Shown one piece after another: positions 48,199 through 58,458 of a DNA stretch of 64,000 bases (position 1 is the stretch's first letter; each line of letters begins with the position of its first letter). Source of the DNA: Armatimonadota bacterium (GTDB lineage Bacteria; Armatimonadota; UBA5829; DTLH01); the NCBI GenBank assembly GCA_039679675.1, contig JBDKUN010000028.1, positions 96,001 to 160,000 of the forward strand. The letters run 5' to 3'. The position numbers were made by a program, and so were the translations under genes. The notes beneath the pieces were generated by a model, which made no database searches, was not told the origin of the DNA, and saw only the letters and a list, made by a program, of their open reading frames with translations.

Positions 48199-48774
48199 AT
48201 GAGAGAATCGCCTTGTCTCGTCGGAGAAAAAGTCTACCTCCGGCAGATCAAAAGAGAAGACTTGATACATATCCATAAGTGGGTGAACGACCCTGAGATA
48301 AGCGGGCTGATCGGCCAGGTAGGCACAATGAGCCCGGAGCAAGTCAACGAGTGGTTTACAAAGGTCGAAGCGGACAACAGCCGGGTGTGGTTTGTGGTCG
48401 TCTTAAAGAGAAATGACCGGGTTATCGGTGAAGCCGGACTTCTCAGGATGTTCGATGAATGGCGGACGACCGATCTCACTATGATCATCGGGGAAAAAGA
48501 TGCATGGGACCAGGGATATGGCACGGAAGCTATTACTCTTCTGTTGCATTACGCTTTCCGGAACCTGTGCTTCCATAGAGTGGCGATAGGTGTCGTCGGG
48601 TTCAATGAGCGAGCCTTACATTTTTACAAAAAAGTTGGATTCAAAGAGGAAGGCTTGCAGCGGGACGGGTATTACTATAACCATAGGTACTATGATTTTG
48701 TGATGATGAGCATTCTTGATAGCGAATATCGAGAACTTGATGGAGGAAATTATGGCACAAGCACAGCAGGGTAA
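48199..48774 (+). CDS. GNAT N-acetyltransferase (RimJ/RimL/SpeG-like)
   Basis: IGEKDAWDQGYGTEA, NERALHFYKKVGFKEEG. Confidence 0.9.
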   Translation: MRESPCLVGEKVYLRQIKREDLIHIHKWVNDPEISGLIGQVGTMSPEQVNEWFTKVEADNSRVWFVVVLKRNDRVIGEAGLLRMFDEWRTTDLTMIIGEKDAWDQGYGTEAITLLLHYAFRNLCFHRVAIGVVGFNERALHFYKKVGFKEEGLQRDGYYYNHRYYDFVMMSILDSEYRELDGGNYGTSTAG

Positions 48775-49180
48775 TACCGTAAAGGTGCATTACACCGGAA
48801 AACTGGATGACGGCAGCGTATTCGACAGCTCCGCCAACCGCGATCCGATAGAGTTCACGATAGGTGAAGGCCGGGTCATACCAGGGTTCGAAAACGGCAT
48901 AGTCGGTATGAACACCGGCGAGTCAAAGACAATTTCGATACCTGCGGACCAGGCATATGGCCCGCATCGCGAAGATATGGTTGTAGCAGTCGACAAAAAG
49001 CACCTGCCGCCAGACCTTGAAGCCGAAGTCGGCGACCAGTTGCAGATGCGCCAGTCAGACGGCCAGCCGGTAGTCGTTACCGTAGCCGATATAAACGATG
49101 AAAGCATCACTCTCGACGCAAACCACCCGCTCGCAGGCAAAGACCTCACATTCGATGTGGAACTGGTCGAAGTAAGCTAG
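48752..49180 (+). CDS. FKBP-type peptidyl-prolyl isomerase (SlyD/SlpA-like)
   Basis: VKVHYTG, FDSS, AYG, DANHPLAGKDLTF. Confidence 0.93.
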   Translation: MAQAQQGNTVKVHYTGKLDDGSVFDSSANRDPIEFTIGEGRVIPGFENGIVGMNTGESKTISIPADQAYGPHREDMVVAVDKKHLPPDLEAEVGDQLQMRQSDGQPVVVTVADINDESITLDANHPLAGKDLTFDVELVEVS

Positions 49181-49191
49181 CAGAACTTTTA

Positions 49192-49222
49192 AGCACGGAT
49201 GTGGTTCTCGCCCATCCGTGCT
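49192..49222 (+). terminator. hairpin after PPIase gene
   Basis: AGCACGGATG/CATCCGTGCT. Confidence 0.55.
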
Positions 49223-49368
49223 AACACCTCAAACTATCTCATTTCGCGTTTTCTCCCCCGTCTGTGATAAAATCCAAGTAGATTACCGTTACTTCCGCGC
49301 ATGCGCCGGAGAAAATAATGCGCCGTTCTTCCCGCAAGTTAACAGACACCGAACCTGATGCGTCTAAT

Positions 49369-49974
49369 ATGATGAAAGAGATGTTACCGGGCAGCTTAGT
49401 AAGTGCCGGGGCAAGCGCGATTGTCTCGGACCAGAACAAATTGTTGGCGGCGGCGCAGCTTGGCGATTCTGATGCGTTCGGAATACTGTTCGAACAGACC
49501 AAAGACGCAGTGTATTCGTTCGTAATGAGATCGGTCGGCTCAAAAGAGGACGCCGAGGATATCGTCCAGGAGGTCTATTGCAGGGCATGGAGGTCGATAA
49601 ACCGGTTCAGAGGCGATTCGAAACTCCTGACATGGCTTTACCGGATAGCCGTTAATCTGTGCATAGACCATTCAAGGTCGAAGCACAGAAGGTCTTATAC
49701 CGAGACTGAAACCGAGATCGACCTTGAGCAGATGGAATTGACTCCACACTCGGACCAGAACATCGAGACCGGAAGCATCAACAGGTATATGATCAACGAG
49801 GCACTGCAGAAACTCGCTCCGGCCTGCAAAATGCTCGTTGTTTTGTGCGATGTTCAGGGGTTCACCTGCAGCGAAGCTGCGGAGATAATAGGGTGCTCAC
49901 CAGTGAGTGCGAGAGTCAGACTGAGCCGGACCAGAAGAAAGCTGCGAAGGTTATTGCAGGATGAGGTGCTGTAA
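49369..49974 (+). CDS. ECF sigma-70 factor
   Basis: AEDIVQE, WLYRIAVNLCID, region 4 EAAEIIG..RLSRTRRKLR. Confidence 0.93.
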   Translation: MMKEMLPGSLVSAGASAIVSDQNKLLAAAQLGDSDAFGILFEQTKDAVYSFVMRSVGSKEDAEDIVQEVYCRAWRSINRFRGDSKLLTWLYRIAVNLCIDHSRSKHRRSYTETETEIDLEQMELTPHSDQNIETGSINRYMINEALQKLAPACKMLVVLCDVQGFTCSEAAEIIGCSPVSARVRLSRTRRKLRRLLQDEVL

Positions 49975-49975
49975 G

Positions 49976-50716
49976 ATGAGTGTAAAATGCTATCTTGTGG
50001 CATTGTGGCTGTCGGCTGTGCCGGACGGCACAGCGCTTCCACGGCTGATCAGAAAACATATTGACGGCTGCGAGCGGTGCCGGAAGGAAGCTGCAGCGTA
50101 CAAACGCCTGAGTACGGTGCTGAAGACAGGCATCGAGAGCGATCAAAAGTGCGGACTCACCTGGGCGGAGATAAAGGCGAGCCCTGCTTTCAGCAAGAAC
50201 GAAGCCGCGAGACCGCGCCTGCCGCTCATTCTCGCCTATTCGGCAGCATGCGTCCTCTTGGCCGCGCTTATCGGAACATGGATGCTGGGTCAACCGAAGA
50301 ATGAGGCCAAAGTCGCACAGACTCCCACGGTCACTGCGCCTGAAGTCAAACCGGATCAGGATAAACCTCAACAAATCGCGGAGACGCAGCAGGAAAAGCC
50401 GCATCCGGCGGGCAAACCAGCTGTCCAACCTGTTTCTAAGCCCGAACGGGTCGTAGTCAAGCAGATTATGAAGCCCAGGCACACTGCTGTGGCTGAGGTC
50501 AGGAAGGGAAAACCTGTCAAGAATATGGTTTCGGGGGAAGAAAAGGTCGCGGAAACCCCGACTGATACGCCGTCCGCAACTGCCAATGTAATTACCGGTA
50601 ACGATGAAGAGCATGTGATCGGTGTCATGCGCACGGCTCCTGAAGCTGCCAATAATGATGATGCGTCCATTTCCGGGCAAGGTGACCAGCCGCGGTTCGT
50701 GCTGGTGGACCTGTAG
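49976..50716 (+). CDS. zinc-binding (ZAS) membrane anti-sigma factor
   Basis: HIDGCERC, one TM helix, P/K/Q-rich extracytoplasmic tail. Confidence 0.8.
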   Translation: MSVKCYLVALWLSAVPDGTALPRLIRKHIDGCERCRKEAAAYKRLSTVLKTGIESDQKCGLTWAEIKASPAFSKNEAARPRLPLILAYSAACVLLAALIGTWMLGQPKNEAKVAQTPTVTAPEVKPDQDKPQQIAETQQEKPHPAGKPAVQPVSKPERVVVKQIMKPRHTAVAEVRKGKPVKNMVSGEEKVAETPTDTPSATANVITGNDEEHVIGVMRTAPEAANNDDASISGQGDQPRFVLVDL

Positions 50717-50742
50717 TAAACAAGGGGTGCTGTAGGTAAAAA

Positions 50743-52236
50743 ATGAAGCTCAGATTTTTCATTCCGGCATTGATCTTTATATGGCTTGCTGCGCCGGGCG
50801 GCGCGGCGACCATGCAGGAATTGAGCAATGATATAACGGCACTTATAAAGCATGCCGGACCCGCAGTAGTTGAAATATACTCGGTTCAAAAGGTATACGC
50901 CTCAAGTGCAGACACATCGAACACTGCCAGGGAACCTGTCGGGCTCAAAAAAAGGATCGGCTCCGGCTTCGTCATCAGCGCGGACGGCTCCATAATGACC
51001 ACAGGAAGCGTCGTAAACGGCGCGGATGCCATCAGCGTCAGGTTCACGGACGGCACGGCAGCAGACGGAAAGCTTATGGGGATCGATCCGCTGACGGATA
51101 TAGCGGTCGTTAAGGTCAAACGATCCGGTCTCAAATTTCTGGAACTTGGGGACTCGAACGCACTCGCTCCAGGTACATTTGTCCTCAGTATCAACAACCA
51201 ATCAGGAATGATCAATTCTGCCTCACTCGGAATGATCTCCGGCGTCAGCAGGCGGATGGGGCTCAGCGCATCCGGCCTGCTCCAGATATCCGGAACGGTG
51301 GGCCCCGGCGCAAGCGGCGGCCCTGTGCTCGACTGCAAGGGAAAAGTGGTCGGCGTAACAGTGGCGATGATGGCTCCTTCTGCCACGTTCCTCTGGTCAA
51401 AACTTCCGGATGACATCAAAGCCGAACTGGTAGAAAACGAAGGAGCGCTGCTTGATCTGATGGACCGGCTGGGTTTCAAGATGCGCACGAGCAGCGACAC
51501 GGTAGTCGATATAGAAAACCTGCTCAACGACCTGACGAACGTTTCCGGGAGCAGCGGGTTTGCCATCCCGATAGACAAGGTCAAACCGGTCATTGCGGAC
51601 CTGAAGGCCGGAAAACCCGTCAAGCGGAGCCGCCTCGGCGTGTCGGTTGCAGATAGAGACGGAGAACTTGTGCTTGTTCCTCTGAAAGACGGTCCCGCAG
51701 CGGCTGCTGGGATACAGCCAGGCGATGTGTTTGTGAGTGCTGACGGGAAGGCTTTCAAAACTGCGGGTGAGTTTTCGGACTATATCCTGAACCTTGCGCC
51801 CGGAGATGTGGTAACGATTGTTGTCAAACGGGGAAATGAAACAAAGCCCATCAAAGTCAAGCTGGGCGAACGCGCGCTGGCCGTTCCACAGCCGGCTGTA
51901 AGCAAAAACAACAGAATTACCATCAGTTCATCCGGCTCAGGGACAGTCGGTGTGACTGCACTTACCCTGGGGACAGCAACCGGGGCTGTGGCTGTTGCCA
52001 GGTCAGGCAATAAGATCGCACTCGATATTAAGAAATCTACTTTCAAAGACGTTGCAGCGGCCCTCATGAAGGCGACCGACCATAAAATTACAATTGCGAA
52101 CCCGGACAAGCTGAACAGGGTGTTCACCCTCAAAATCGAGCAGTCAACCTTTGAACAGGCGCTTGAGGCAGCTTGCAAAGCTGCTGGATGCACTTACCGC
52201 ATCGACAAGGGTGCTTACATCATTATCTCCAAATAA
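50743..52236 (+). CDS. HtrA/DegP-like protein (trypsin + PDZ) with C-terminal STN-like domain; catalytic His missing
   Basis: GSGFVI, TTGSVV, DIAVVKV, GASGGP, GFAIP, PDZ. Confidence 0.85.
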   Translation: MKLRFFIPALIFIWLAAPGGAATMQELSNDITALIKHAGPAVVEIYSVQKVYASSADTSNTAREPVGLKKRIGSGFVISADGSIMTTGSVVNGADAISVRFTDGTAADGKLMGIDPLTDIAVVKVKRSGLKFLELGDSNALAPGTFVLSINNQSGMINSASLGMISGVSRRMGLSASGLLQISGTVGPGASGGPVLDCKGKVVGVTVAMMAPSATFLWSKLPDDIKAELVENEGALLDLMDRLGFKMRTSSDTVVDIENLLNDLTNVSGSSGFAIPIDKVKPVIADLKAGKPVKRSRLGVSVADRDGELVLVPLKDGPAAAAGIQPGDVFVSADGKAFKTAGEFSDYILNLAPGDVVTIVVKRGNETKPIKVKLGERALAVPQPAVSKNNRITISSSGSGTVGVTALTLGTATGAVAVARSGNKIALDIKKSTFKDVAAALMKATDHKITIANPDKLNRVFTLKIEQSTFEQALEAACKAAGCTYRIDKGAYIIISK

Positions 52237-52421
52237 AACCCCCTTTCTGACCGGTTTGAGTATTGCGTAAACTGGCTTAGTGGGCCGGGTTATGCTACAA
52301 TCTATATCGAACCGGGCAGCCTGTGTGCTTCCACCACTTTGTTCTTCATTTGTTATGGTTCCCAAGCTAGCTCTTCAAGATACAGGCGGTTTTTCCATGG
52401 GAGTCATAATGAGAGCGGAAA

Positions 52422-53486
52422 ATGAAAATCACATTTTTACTACCTGGCCCTGCGCGCAAACCTATGGGCGGATACAGGGTGGCTTATGAATATGCCGACA
52501 GATTAGCCGGCAGAGGCCATCGGGTGTGCGTGGTGCATGACCTGAACGTGCCCTACCTCGACTACAGGAAGCCCTATGCGCTCAGATACATCGGCCACTG
52601 GCTTACGAACGGGCATATTCCGAGATGGTTCAGCTTCAAAAACCGTGTCGAGCTCAAACTGGTTTCTCATGCATCAGACAGGTATATGCCCGATGCGGAT
52701 GCGGTGATAGCCACCTGGTGGGGAACTGCGTATTCCGTAAGCAAGTTATCTGCTGCAAAAGGCAAGAAGTTCTACCTCATACAGGAATACGTGATGAGGG
52801 GGAATGATGAGTCCCTCGTCCACGAGTCTTACGCATTAGGGCTCGCCAACATAGTGATTGCCGGCTGGATAAAGCGCGCGGTGGAGCAGGCCGGCGGGAG
52901 TGTTTGCGCGCTCATTCCGAACGGCATAGATACGGATTTTTTTAGGATTAAAACTCCCATAGAGTCGCGTGATCCTCATTCGGTCACTATGATGTACCAC
53001 GAAGCCGCGTTCAAAGGATCAAAAGAAGCTATCGAAGCGCTCAAAATCGTTCGTTCTGCGATACCCGGTCTCAAAGTAACGGAATTCAGTGTTTTCAATC
53101 AGCCCAATTGGATGCCTGAATGGATCGATTTCGTGCATAATCCCTCTCAAGAAGTGCTTGTCGATATTTATAACAGCCATGCTGTCTTCGTAAACGCGAG
53201 CACAAGTGAGGGATGGGGGCTTCCATCAGCAGAATCGGCGGCATGCGGGTGCGCTTTGGTATCTACAGATGTAGGCTGGGTGTCTGACTATGCTTCGGAC
53301 AAAGAAATAGTGCTCGTCTCCCCTTCCGATGCTCCATCTCTGGCGGAAAACATACTGAAACTGGTCCAGGATAACGATTTTCGCGTTAGGTTGGCTAATC
53401 AGGGCCACGATTTTATCGGAAATTTCAGCTGGGACAAGGCTGTCGATGCTTTGGAAACTGTTCTATCAGGTGACCGGCCAAGATGA
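52422..53486 (+). CDS. glycosyltransferase family 4 (WsaF-like)
   Basis: GGYRVAYEYA, ATWW, EGWGLPSAESAACG. Confidence 0.88.
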   Translation: MKITFLLPGPARKPMGGYRVAYEYADRLAGRGHRVCVVHDLNVPYLDYRKPYALRYIGHWLTNGHIPRWFSFKNRVELKLVSHASDRYMPDADAVIATWWGTAYSVSKLSAAKGKKFYLIQEYVMRGNDESLVHESYALGLANIVIAGWIKRAVEQAGGSVCALIPNGIDTDFFRIKTPIESRDPHSVTMMYHEAAFKGSKEAIEALKIVRSAIPGLKVTEFSVFNQPNWMPEWIDFVHNPSQEVLVDIYNSHAVFVNASTSEGWGLPSAESAACGCALVSTDVGWVSDYASDKEIVLVSPSDAPSLAENILKLVQDNDFRVRLANQGHDFIGNFSWDKAVDALETVLSGDRPR

Positions 53487-54553
53487 AAAGCGGAAGCGTT
53501 TGTATCCTCCTTCTAAACTGGAACAACTGGAAGGACACCGTCGAGTGTCTGGAAAGCATTCTGCGCTCTGATTACTCTGACTACCGGGTAATAGTCTGCG
53601 ACAACGGTTCCGAGGACGGGTCAATCGATCGAATCAAGACTTGGGCAGATGGAAGAATAGAGCCGCCGGTTGCTGACGAGCGGCGCAAAGATTGCTCATC
53701 TCCACCAGTAGCAAAGCCGGTCGGATTTGTGGAATACAGCCGTTCGGAGGCTGAAAGCGGCGGCGATCCATCTGATTCGGATGCAAAGCTGATTATCATC
53801 CGAAACGGCGGAAACCTCGGTTTTTCCGCCGGAAATAACGTAGGAATACGCTACGCCATAAGCCGGGGCGCGGATTTCATCTGGCTGCTCAACAATGATA
53901 CAGTGGTTGCCGACAGCAAAATTATCGAGAAATTAATAGAAAACTGCGGCGAGAAGTCCATCTGCAGCACGGTGACAGTCGATTACTACTCCGATGCCAT
54001 CTGGTACAGCGGTGGGAAGATCCCATGGTCTGTAGCAGGCCCGGTTCACTGGCATAATCGAAGAGACGCCGGTGTCTATGATACAGAGTTCATTTCGGGT
54101 TGCAACCTGTTTTCTAAAGCAAAGGTCTTTGCGGATATTGGGCTGCTGGATGAGCGTTTTTTTGTGGGGATGGAAGACTGCGTGCTTTGCTGGAAAGCCA
54201 AAAGGAGCGGCTATAGGCTACAGGTACTCAATATAGATGCGGTCCGGCACAAGATCGGCAAGACGAACCGGTTTTCGCGGTTCGCGATAGTCAACTCATA
54301 TCTCTGCAAGAGTTTCTGGGTCCGGGAAACGACTCCCAACATATTTATGCGATTTATCTGGCTCATGTGGTTTGTTTTTGCCAATCTGCTGGTAAGGCAC
54401 ACCACCAGATTTCTTGCAGAGAAAATCAGAGGTGTAAAAAGCGATTTCGGCTTGATGGAGTTTTGGCAGCTTGCCGTTAAAGCCCTGCTCAGAGGGTTCA
54501 GAGTGAAAGCTGTGTCACTTAGCGAGATTCGGAGCATTTTGGACCGGAAATGA
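53483..54553 (+). CDS. glycosyltransferase family 2 (rhamnosyltransferase-like)
   Basis: LNWNNWKDT, DNGS, NLGFSAGNN, LLNND. Confidence 0.9.
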   Translation: MKSGSVCILLLNWNNWKDTVECLESILRSDYSDYRVIVCDNGSEDGSIDRIKTWADGRIEPPVADERRKDCSSPPVAKPVGFVEYSRSEAESGGDPSDSDAKLIIIRNGGNLGFSAGNNVGIRYAISRGADFIWLLNNDTVVADSKIIEKLIENCGEKSICSTVTVDYYSDAIWYSGGKIPWSVAGPVHWHNRRDAGVYDTEFISGCNLFSKAKVFADIGLLDERFFVGMEDCVLCWKAKRSGYRLQVLNIDAVRHKIGKTNRFSRFAIVNSYLCKSFWVRETTPNIFMRFIWLMWFVFANLLVRHTTRFLAEKIRGVKSDFGLMEFWQLAVKALLRGFRVKAVSLSEIRSILDRK

Positions 54554-55686
54554 AAGTAATCCACTTCATCGATCATATGTTCTGCGGAGGCGGGCAGAAA
54601 CACGTGCTCCTTCTTGCCGAATACCTTCGCAAGCGGGGTATCGAGTCTGTCGTCATCTGTTCTGATAGCGATGACTACGCCGGGGAATTTGCAAAGCAGG
54701 ATATTCCTGTCAGAGTAGTCCCGCTGAGGGACTTTAGGGGCCTTTGTGCCGTAGTTCGCGATGAGAAGGCTGATATTCTTCACGCCCATGGGTTCAGGCA
54801 TGCAATCATTCTCAGCCTGCTTAAACCGGCACTCAGGCTGCCGTTTGTTTACACCCTACATGGCTACCATGGTAGGGCTTTCAAATACAATCCGTCTGCA
54901 GCTGCCAAGGTAAAATCCATGCTCAGGAGTTATGCGGATAAATTCGTACACAGACGAGCCGATGCGGTGATCTGTGTATCGGAAGCAGACTGTGAGCTGG
55001 TCAAATCCCTTGGGTTTGGGTCTCCATCGAAGTACAGCGTTATCCGAAACGGCATAGATTGTTCTGTTTTTAGAGAATCACATGGCAGTCCGGCGCGGGA
55101 ATCGCTTGGCGCAGCTTCCGATGATGTTGTGATTACATCCATATCGCGATTTGCCTTTCCTAAAGGAAACCGGTACCTTATTGAGGCTATTCCAGCGGTT
55201 ATTGCCGGACATCCGAATGCACTTTTTCTTCTTGTTGGAGACGGTGAGGACGAAGAAGAGATGCGTGAGCTTGCCTTTAGTAAATTGAGGCTGCCGAAGG
55301 ATAGAGCCAGGTTCCTTGGGAGAAGGACCGATATTTGCGGGATCCTTGCCGCTTCGGACGTGTTTGTAATGCCGTCGCTTTGGGAGGGCCTGCCGATTGC
55401 GCTCATAGAGGCTATGGCGGCCGGGGTCCCGCAGGTTGCTTCGGATGTTGACGGCATCCGTGAAGTCACGGTAAACGGAGAGACAGGCCGCCTTGTTCCC
55501 CCGATGGACGCTAAAAAGCTGGCGGAAACGCTCTCATGGATGATAGAATCAACTGGCAAACGCGCGGAATACTCGAAAAACAGCGTGCGGCGGGCGAATG
55601 AGTATTTCGACGCTGCAGCTATGGCGGATGCTATAGCCGCTCTCTATTCAGATATTGCTGATCGAAAAATGGAGCAGAAACGGTAA
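54550..55686 (+). CDS. glycosyltransferase family 4
   Basis: GGGQKH, EGLPIALIEAMAAG. Confidence 0.92.
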   Translation: MKVIHFIDHMFCGGGQKHVLLLAEYLRKRGIESVVICSDSDDYAGEFAKQDIPVRVVPLRDFRGLCAVVRDEKADILHAHGFRHAIILSLLKPALRLPFVYTLHGYHGRAFKYNPSAAAKVKSMLRSYADKFVHRRADAVICVSEADCELVKSLGFGSPSKYSVIRNGIDCSVFRESHGSPARESLGAASDDVVITSISRFAFPKGNRYLIEAIPAVIAGHPNALFLLVGDGEDEEEMRELAFSKLRLPKDRARFLGRRTDICGILAASDVFVMPSLWEGLPIALIEAMAAGVPQVASDVDGIREVTVNGETGRLVPPMDAKKLAETLSWMIESTGKRAEYSKNSVRRANEYFDAAAMADAIAALYSDIADRKMEQKR

Positions 55687-57017
55687 TGCTTGCGGTAGTG
55701 CTGGCACTAACTGTAATATTCACGGTCTTGGTTTTCGCAAAGCCCAAGCTGTGGCTGACTGTTTACCTGGTCATGATGCCGATAGCGCCGCAGGTAGCTA
55801 TCGGCAATATTCCTCTGTCTCCGACGGAGCCGGTTTTGGCTGCAGCCATCCTCAGTATATTCTGCAACAAGGTTTTCAGACGCGATCTCAAAGTCGCCTG
55901 GGCGCCGCTTTTCATCCCGACGGGGCTTTTCGTTATAATGCTCTTCTTCTCATCCATTAACGCCTGGGCGCTCTGGGGGCCGAAGATGGGCCTTATCTCG
56001 ATGATGAAGTTTATCCGTATAGCAGAAGCATTCGCAGCAATGTACCTTGCCGCGGAACTCTGGCGAAGTACAGACGATAAGAATACCGGCAAGCTGTTTA
56101 AATGGATACTGATCGGCGTCATAGGTGCTGCTGTTTTGGGGCTGATATCGATCTGGAAGATCGACTGGTTCTTCACTTTGTATAAGGCGGAGGATAACTA
56201 CGGATTCCAGATCTGGGTCCCAGGACTTGTCATATGGCGGGCAATCGGGGTCTTTCTTGATCCTAATCACCTGAGTTCTTACCTGTCTATGGGAATCCTG
56301 CTGGCTCTCGTCCTTTCGGTGAAATCGAAAATCCCGGTCAATAGGTTCCTTATCATCTGCACGCTTGTCATTGGATCGATTGCGCTGCTTTTGACGTTCT
56401 CAAGAGCCGGATGGTTGAGCCTGTTCATCTCAACTGTCGTTTATGTGTCCATCTCGAAGGATCTCAAACGGACAAGAAAGATACAAATTTTATCATCCAT
56501 TGGTGCGTTTATCGTGCTTGGGATAGCCGTCATCTATCTGGCATTCCCGGATATGAGCCTGGGGCTATTGAACCGGGTGCTGGATACCTTCGACCAGGCG
56601 TCAGCGGGGGACTGGAACGCTGTCACTTCCACCCGTCTCACCGTCTGGCAGACAGGCATTGCGGAGTTTTGTAAATTCCCGATTTTCGGGATAGGCTACA
56701 AATGTCTTCCCGAGCTTTTTTTGATGGGAGACAATAATTATCTTACAATGCTGGCTGAATGCGGCTTGATAGGCGCCGGAATATGGCTTGTATGGCTCCT
56801 CAGTGTATCGGTCTACCTCTATAATCTGGCAAAAAGGCATTGGATAGGGGAGTATATCCTTGCGGTCTGGGCCGGGCTTGTCATCAACATGGCAACAGCC
56901 GATATTATGACTTACTGGAGAACGCTTCCTCTATTTTTCGGACTCCTTGGCGTAAGCTTCGCTTTTGCGCGCAAACCTGAGATTCCCCCTGCTGAACTTG
57001 TGGCGAATATAGAGTAA
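55686..57017 (+). CDS. O-antigen ligase/polymerase family membrane protein
   Basis: About 12 TM; DPNH, TFSRAG, R..W, PIFGIG, NNYL..LAECG. Confidence 0.85.
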   Translation: MLAVVLALTVIFTVLVFAKPKLWLTVYLVMMPIAPQVAIGNIPLSPTEPVLAAAILSIFCNKVFRRDLKVAWAPLFIPTGLFVIMLFFSSINAWALWGPKMGLISMMKFIRIAEAFAAMYLAAELWRSTDDKNTGKLFKWILIGVIGAAVLGLISIWKIDWFFTLYKAEDNYGFQIWVPGLVIWRAIGVFLDPNHLSSYLSMGILLALVLSVKSKIPVNRFLIICTLVIGSIALLLTFSRAGWLSLFISTVVYVSISKDLKRTRKIQILSSIGAFIVLGIAVIYLAFPDMSLGLLNRVLDTFDQASAGDWNAVTSTRLTVWQTGIAEFCKFPIFGIGYKCLPELFLMGDNNYLTMLAECGLIGAGIWLVWLLSVSVYLYNLAKRHWIGEYILAVWAGLVINMATADIMTYWRTLPLFFGLLGVSFAFARKPEIPPAELVANIE

Positions 57018-57248
57018 TTTCGCCGGAAAACTAGCGACTATACATAATATAGCCGCAGTTGGGGTAAACAGTTACTGGTCTCCATCGTTGAGCGTTGTGA
57101 GGGTTCCATGTGACACCTGAAACTCATTAAAAACCGACAACCGACGGACAAATAACGCTGATAGTGGTTGACTGTAGCGAGAAAGCATTCTATTATTATC
57201 CTTGACTGGCCGGGTGGGTGTGCCCGGGTTCATGGAGGATGCCGGTAA

Positions 57249-58403
57249 TTGAAAATCGCCATAGTGCATGATTATCTTAATCAGATGGGTGGGGCTGAGA
57301 AGGTCGTGGAAGTTTTCCACGATATGTTTCCATCTGCGCCGATTTTCACATCTGTTTACGTCTCTGCAAACGTATCTGAAAAGTTCCGGGGCGCTGATAT
57401 TCGTACGTCCTTCATGCAGAAAATCCCTTTTGTAAAGAAATTCTCGCGCCAGTATCTGGCGATCTACCCTTACGCATTCGAAGTTTTCGACTTTTCCAGC
57501 TACGATGTTGTGCTTTCAAGCTCATCGGCATTCGCCAAGGGAATAATCACCGGTCCCGATACCTGTCACATTTGCTATTGCCACACTCCGATGCGTTTCG
57601 CCTGGCAGTACCATGCGTATATCGAGAGGGAGCGGCTGAACAGGTTCGTTCAGTCCATTTTGCCGTACGTAGTCCACAGGGTACGGCGGTGGGACGAAAT
57701 TACCGTTAACCGCGTAGATCATTTTGTATCTAACTCTCATGAGGTGGAGCGCCGCATCCGAAAATATTACAGGCGGAACAGCACGGTCATATGCCCTCCG
57801 GTAGAGACAAAAAAGTTTCGCGTAACGGAGCAGGACGAAGGTTACTTTGTGATAATATCCCGCTTGCTCCCGTATAAGAAGATAGATATTGCTATTCAGA
57901 CAGCTAACATGCTCAAGCTTCCTCTGAAGATCGTAGGGGTCGGCAGGGATGAAGAACGCCTTAAGAGAATGGCCGGACCGACCGTGGAGTTTACCGGCAG
58001 GTTGAGCGACGCCGAAGTCGTAGACTGCCTGCAGCGCTCCCGGGCTCTGATCTTCCCCGGGCTTGAAGATTTCGGAATAGTCCCGGTGGAGGCAATGGCC
58101 TGCGGAAAGCCGGTGATAGCTTACGGGCGCGGAGGCGCGCTGGATACGGTAATAGACGGCGTAACCGGCATATTTTTCAGAGCACAGACCCCGGAGGCTT
58201 TAACTGAGGCGATCAGCGCGTTTGGAAAGGCGGACTATGACCCTTACACCATTCGTAAACATGCTGAGACCTTCGACGTCTCCGTATTCCGCCGCAGAAT
58301 GAGCAAATTTATCGAGGAAATGCTTGAGCAACAGCGAGGGCAGTACGGCATGCCCAGGCCTGCCGAGCTCGAAGAGGGGCTCGCGCCGGTAGAATATTTA
58401 TAG
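57249..58403 (+). CDS. glycosyltransferase family 4 (mannosyltransferase-like)
   Basis: VHDYLNQMGGAEKV, CHTPMR, EDFGIVPVEAMACG. Confidence 0.92.
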   Translation: MKIAIVHDYLNQMGGAEKVVEVFHDMFPSAPIFTSVYVSANVSEKFRGADIRTSFMQKIPFVKKFSRQYLAIYPYAFEVFDFSSYDVVLSSSSAFAKGIITGPDTCHICYCHTPMRFAWQYHAYIERERLNRFVQSILPYVVHRVRRWDEITVNRVDHFVSNSHEVERRIRKYYRRNSTVICPPVETKKFRVTEQDEGYFVIISRLLPYKKIDIAIQTANMLKLPLKIVGVGRDEERLKRMAGPTVEFTGRLSDAEVVDCLQRSRALIFPGLEDFGIVPVEAMACGKPVIAYGRGGALDTVIDGVTGIFFRAQTPEALTEAISAFGKADYDPYTIRKHAETFDVSVFRRRMSKFIEEMLEQQRGQYGMPRPAELEEGLAPVEYL

Positions 58404-58458
58404 TTCCCGAACATGCCCGCCGTAGAAGGCAGCCGGGAATTGGAACGGTGGTTATTAA

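Noticed and set aside
52317..52395. ops/JUMPstart element before the glycosyltransferase cluster
   Set aside because: GGCGGTT does not match GGCGGTAG and the rest of the motif is missing
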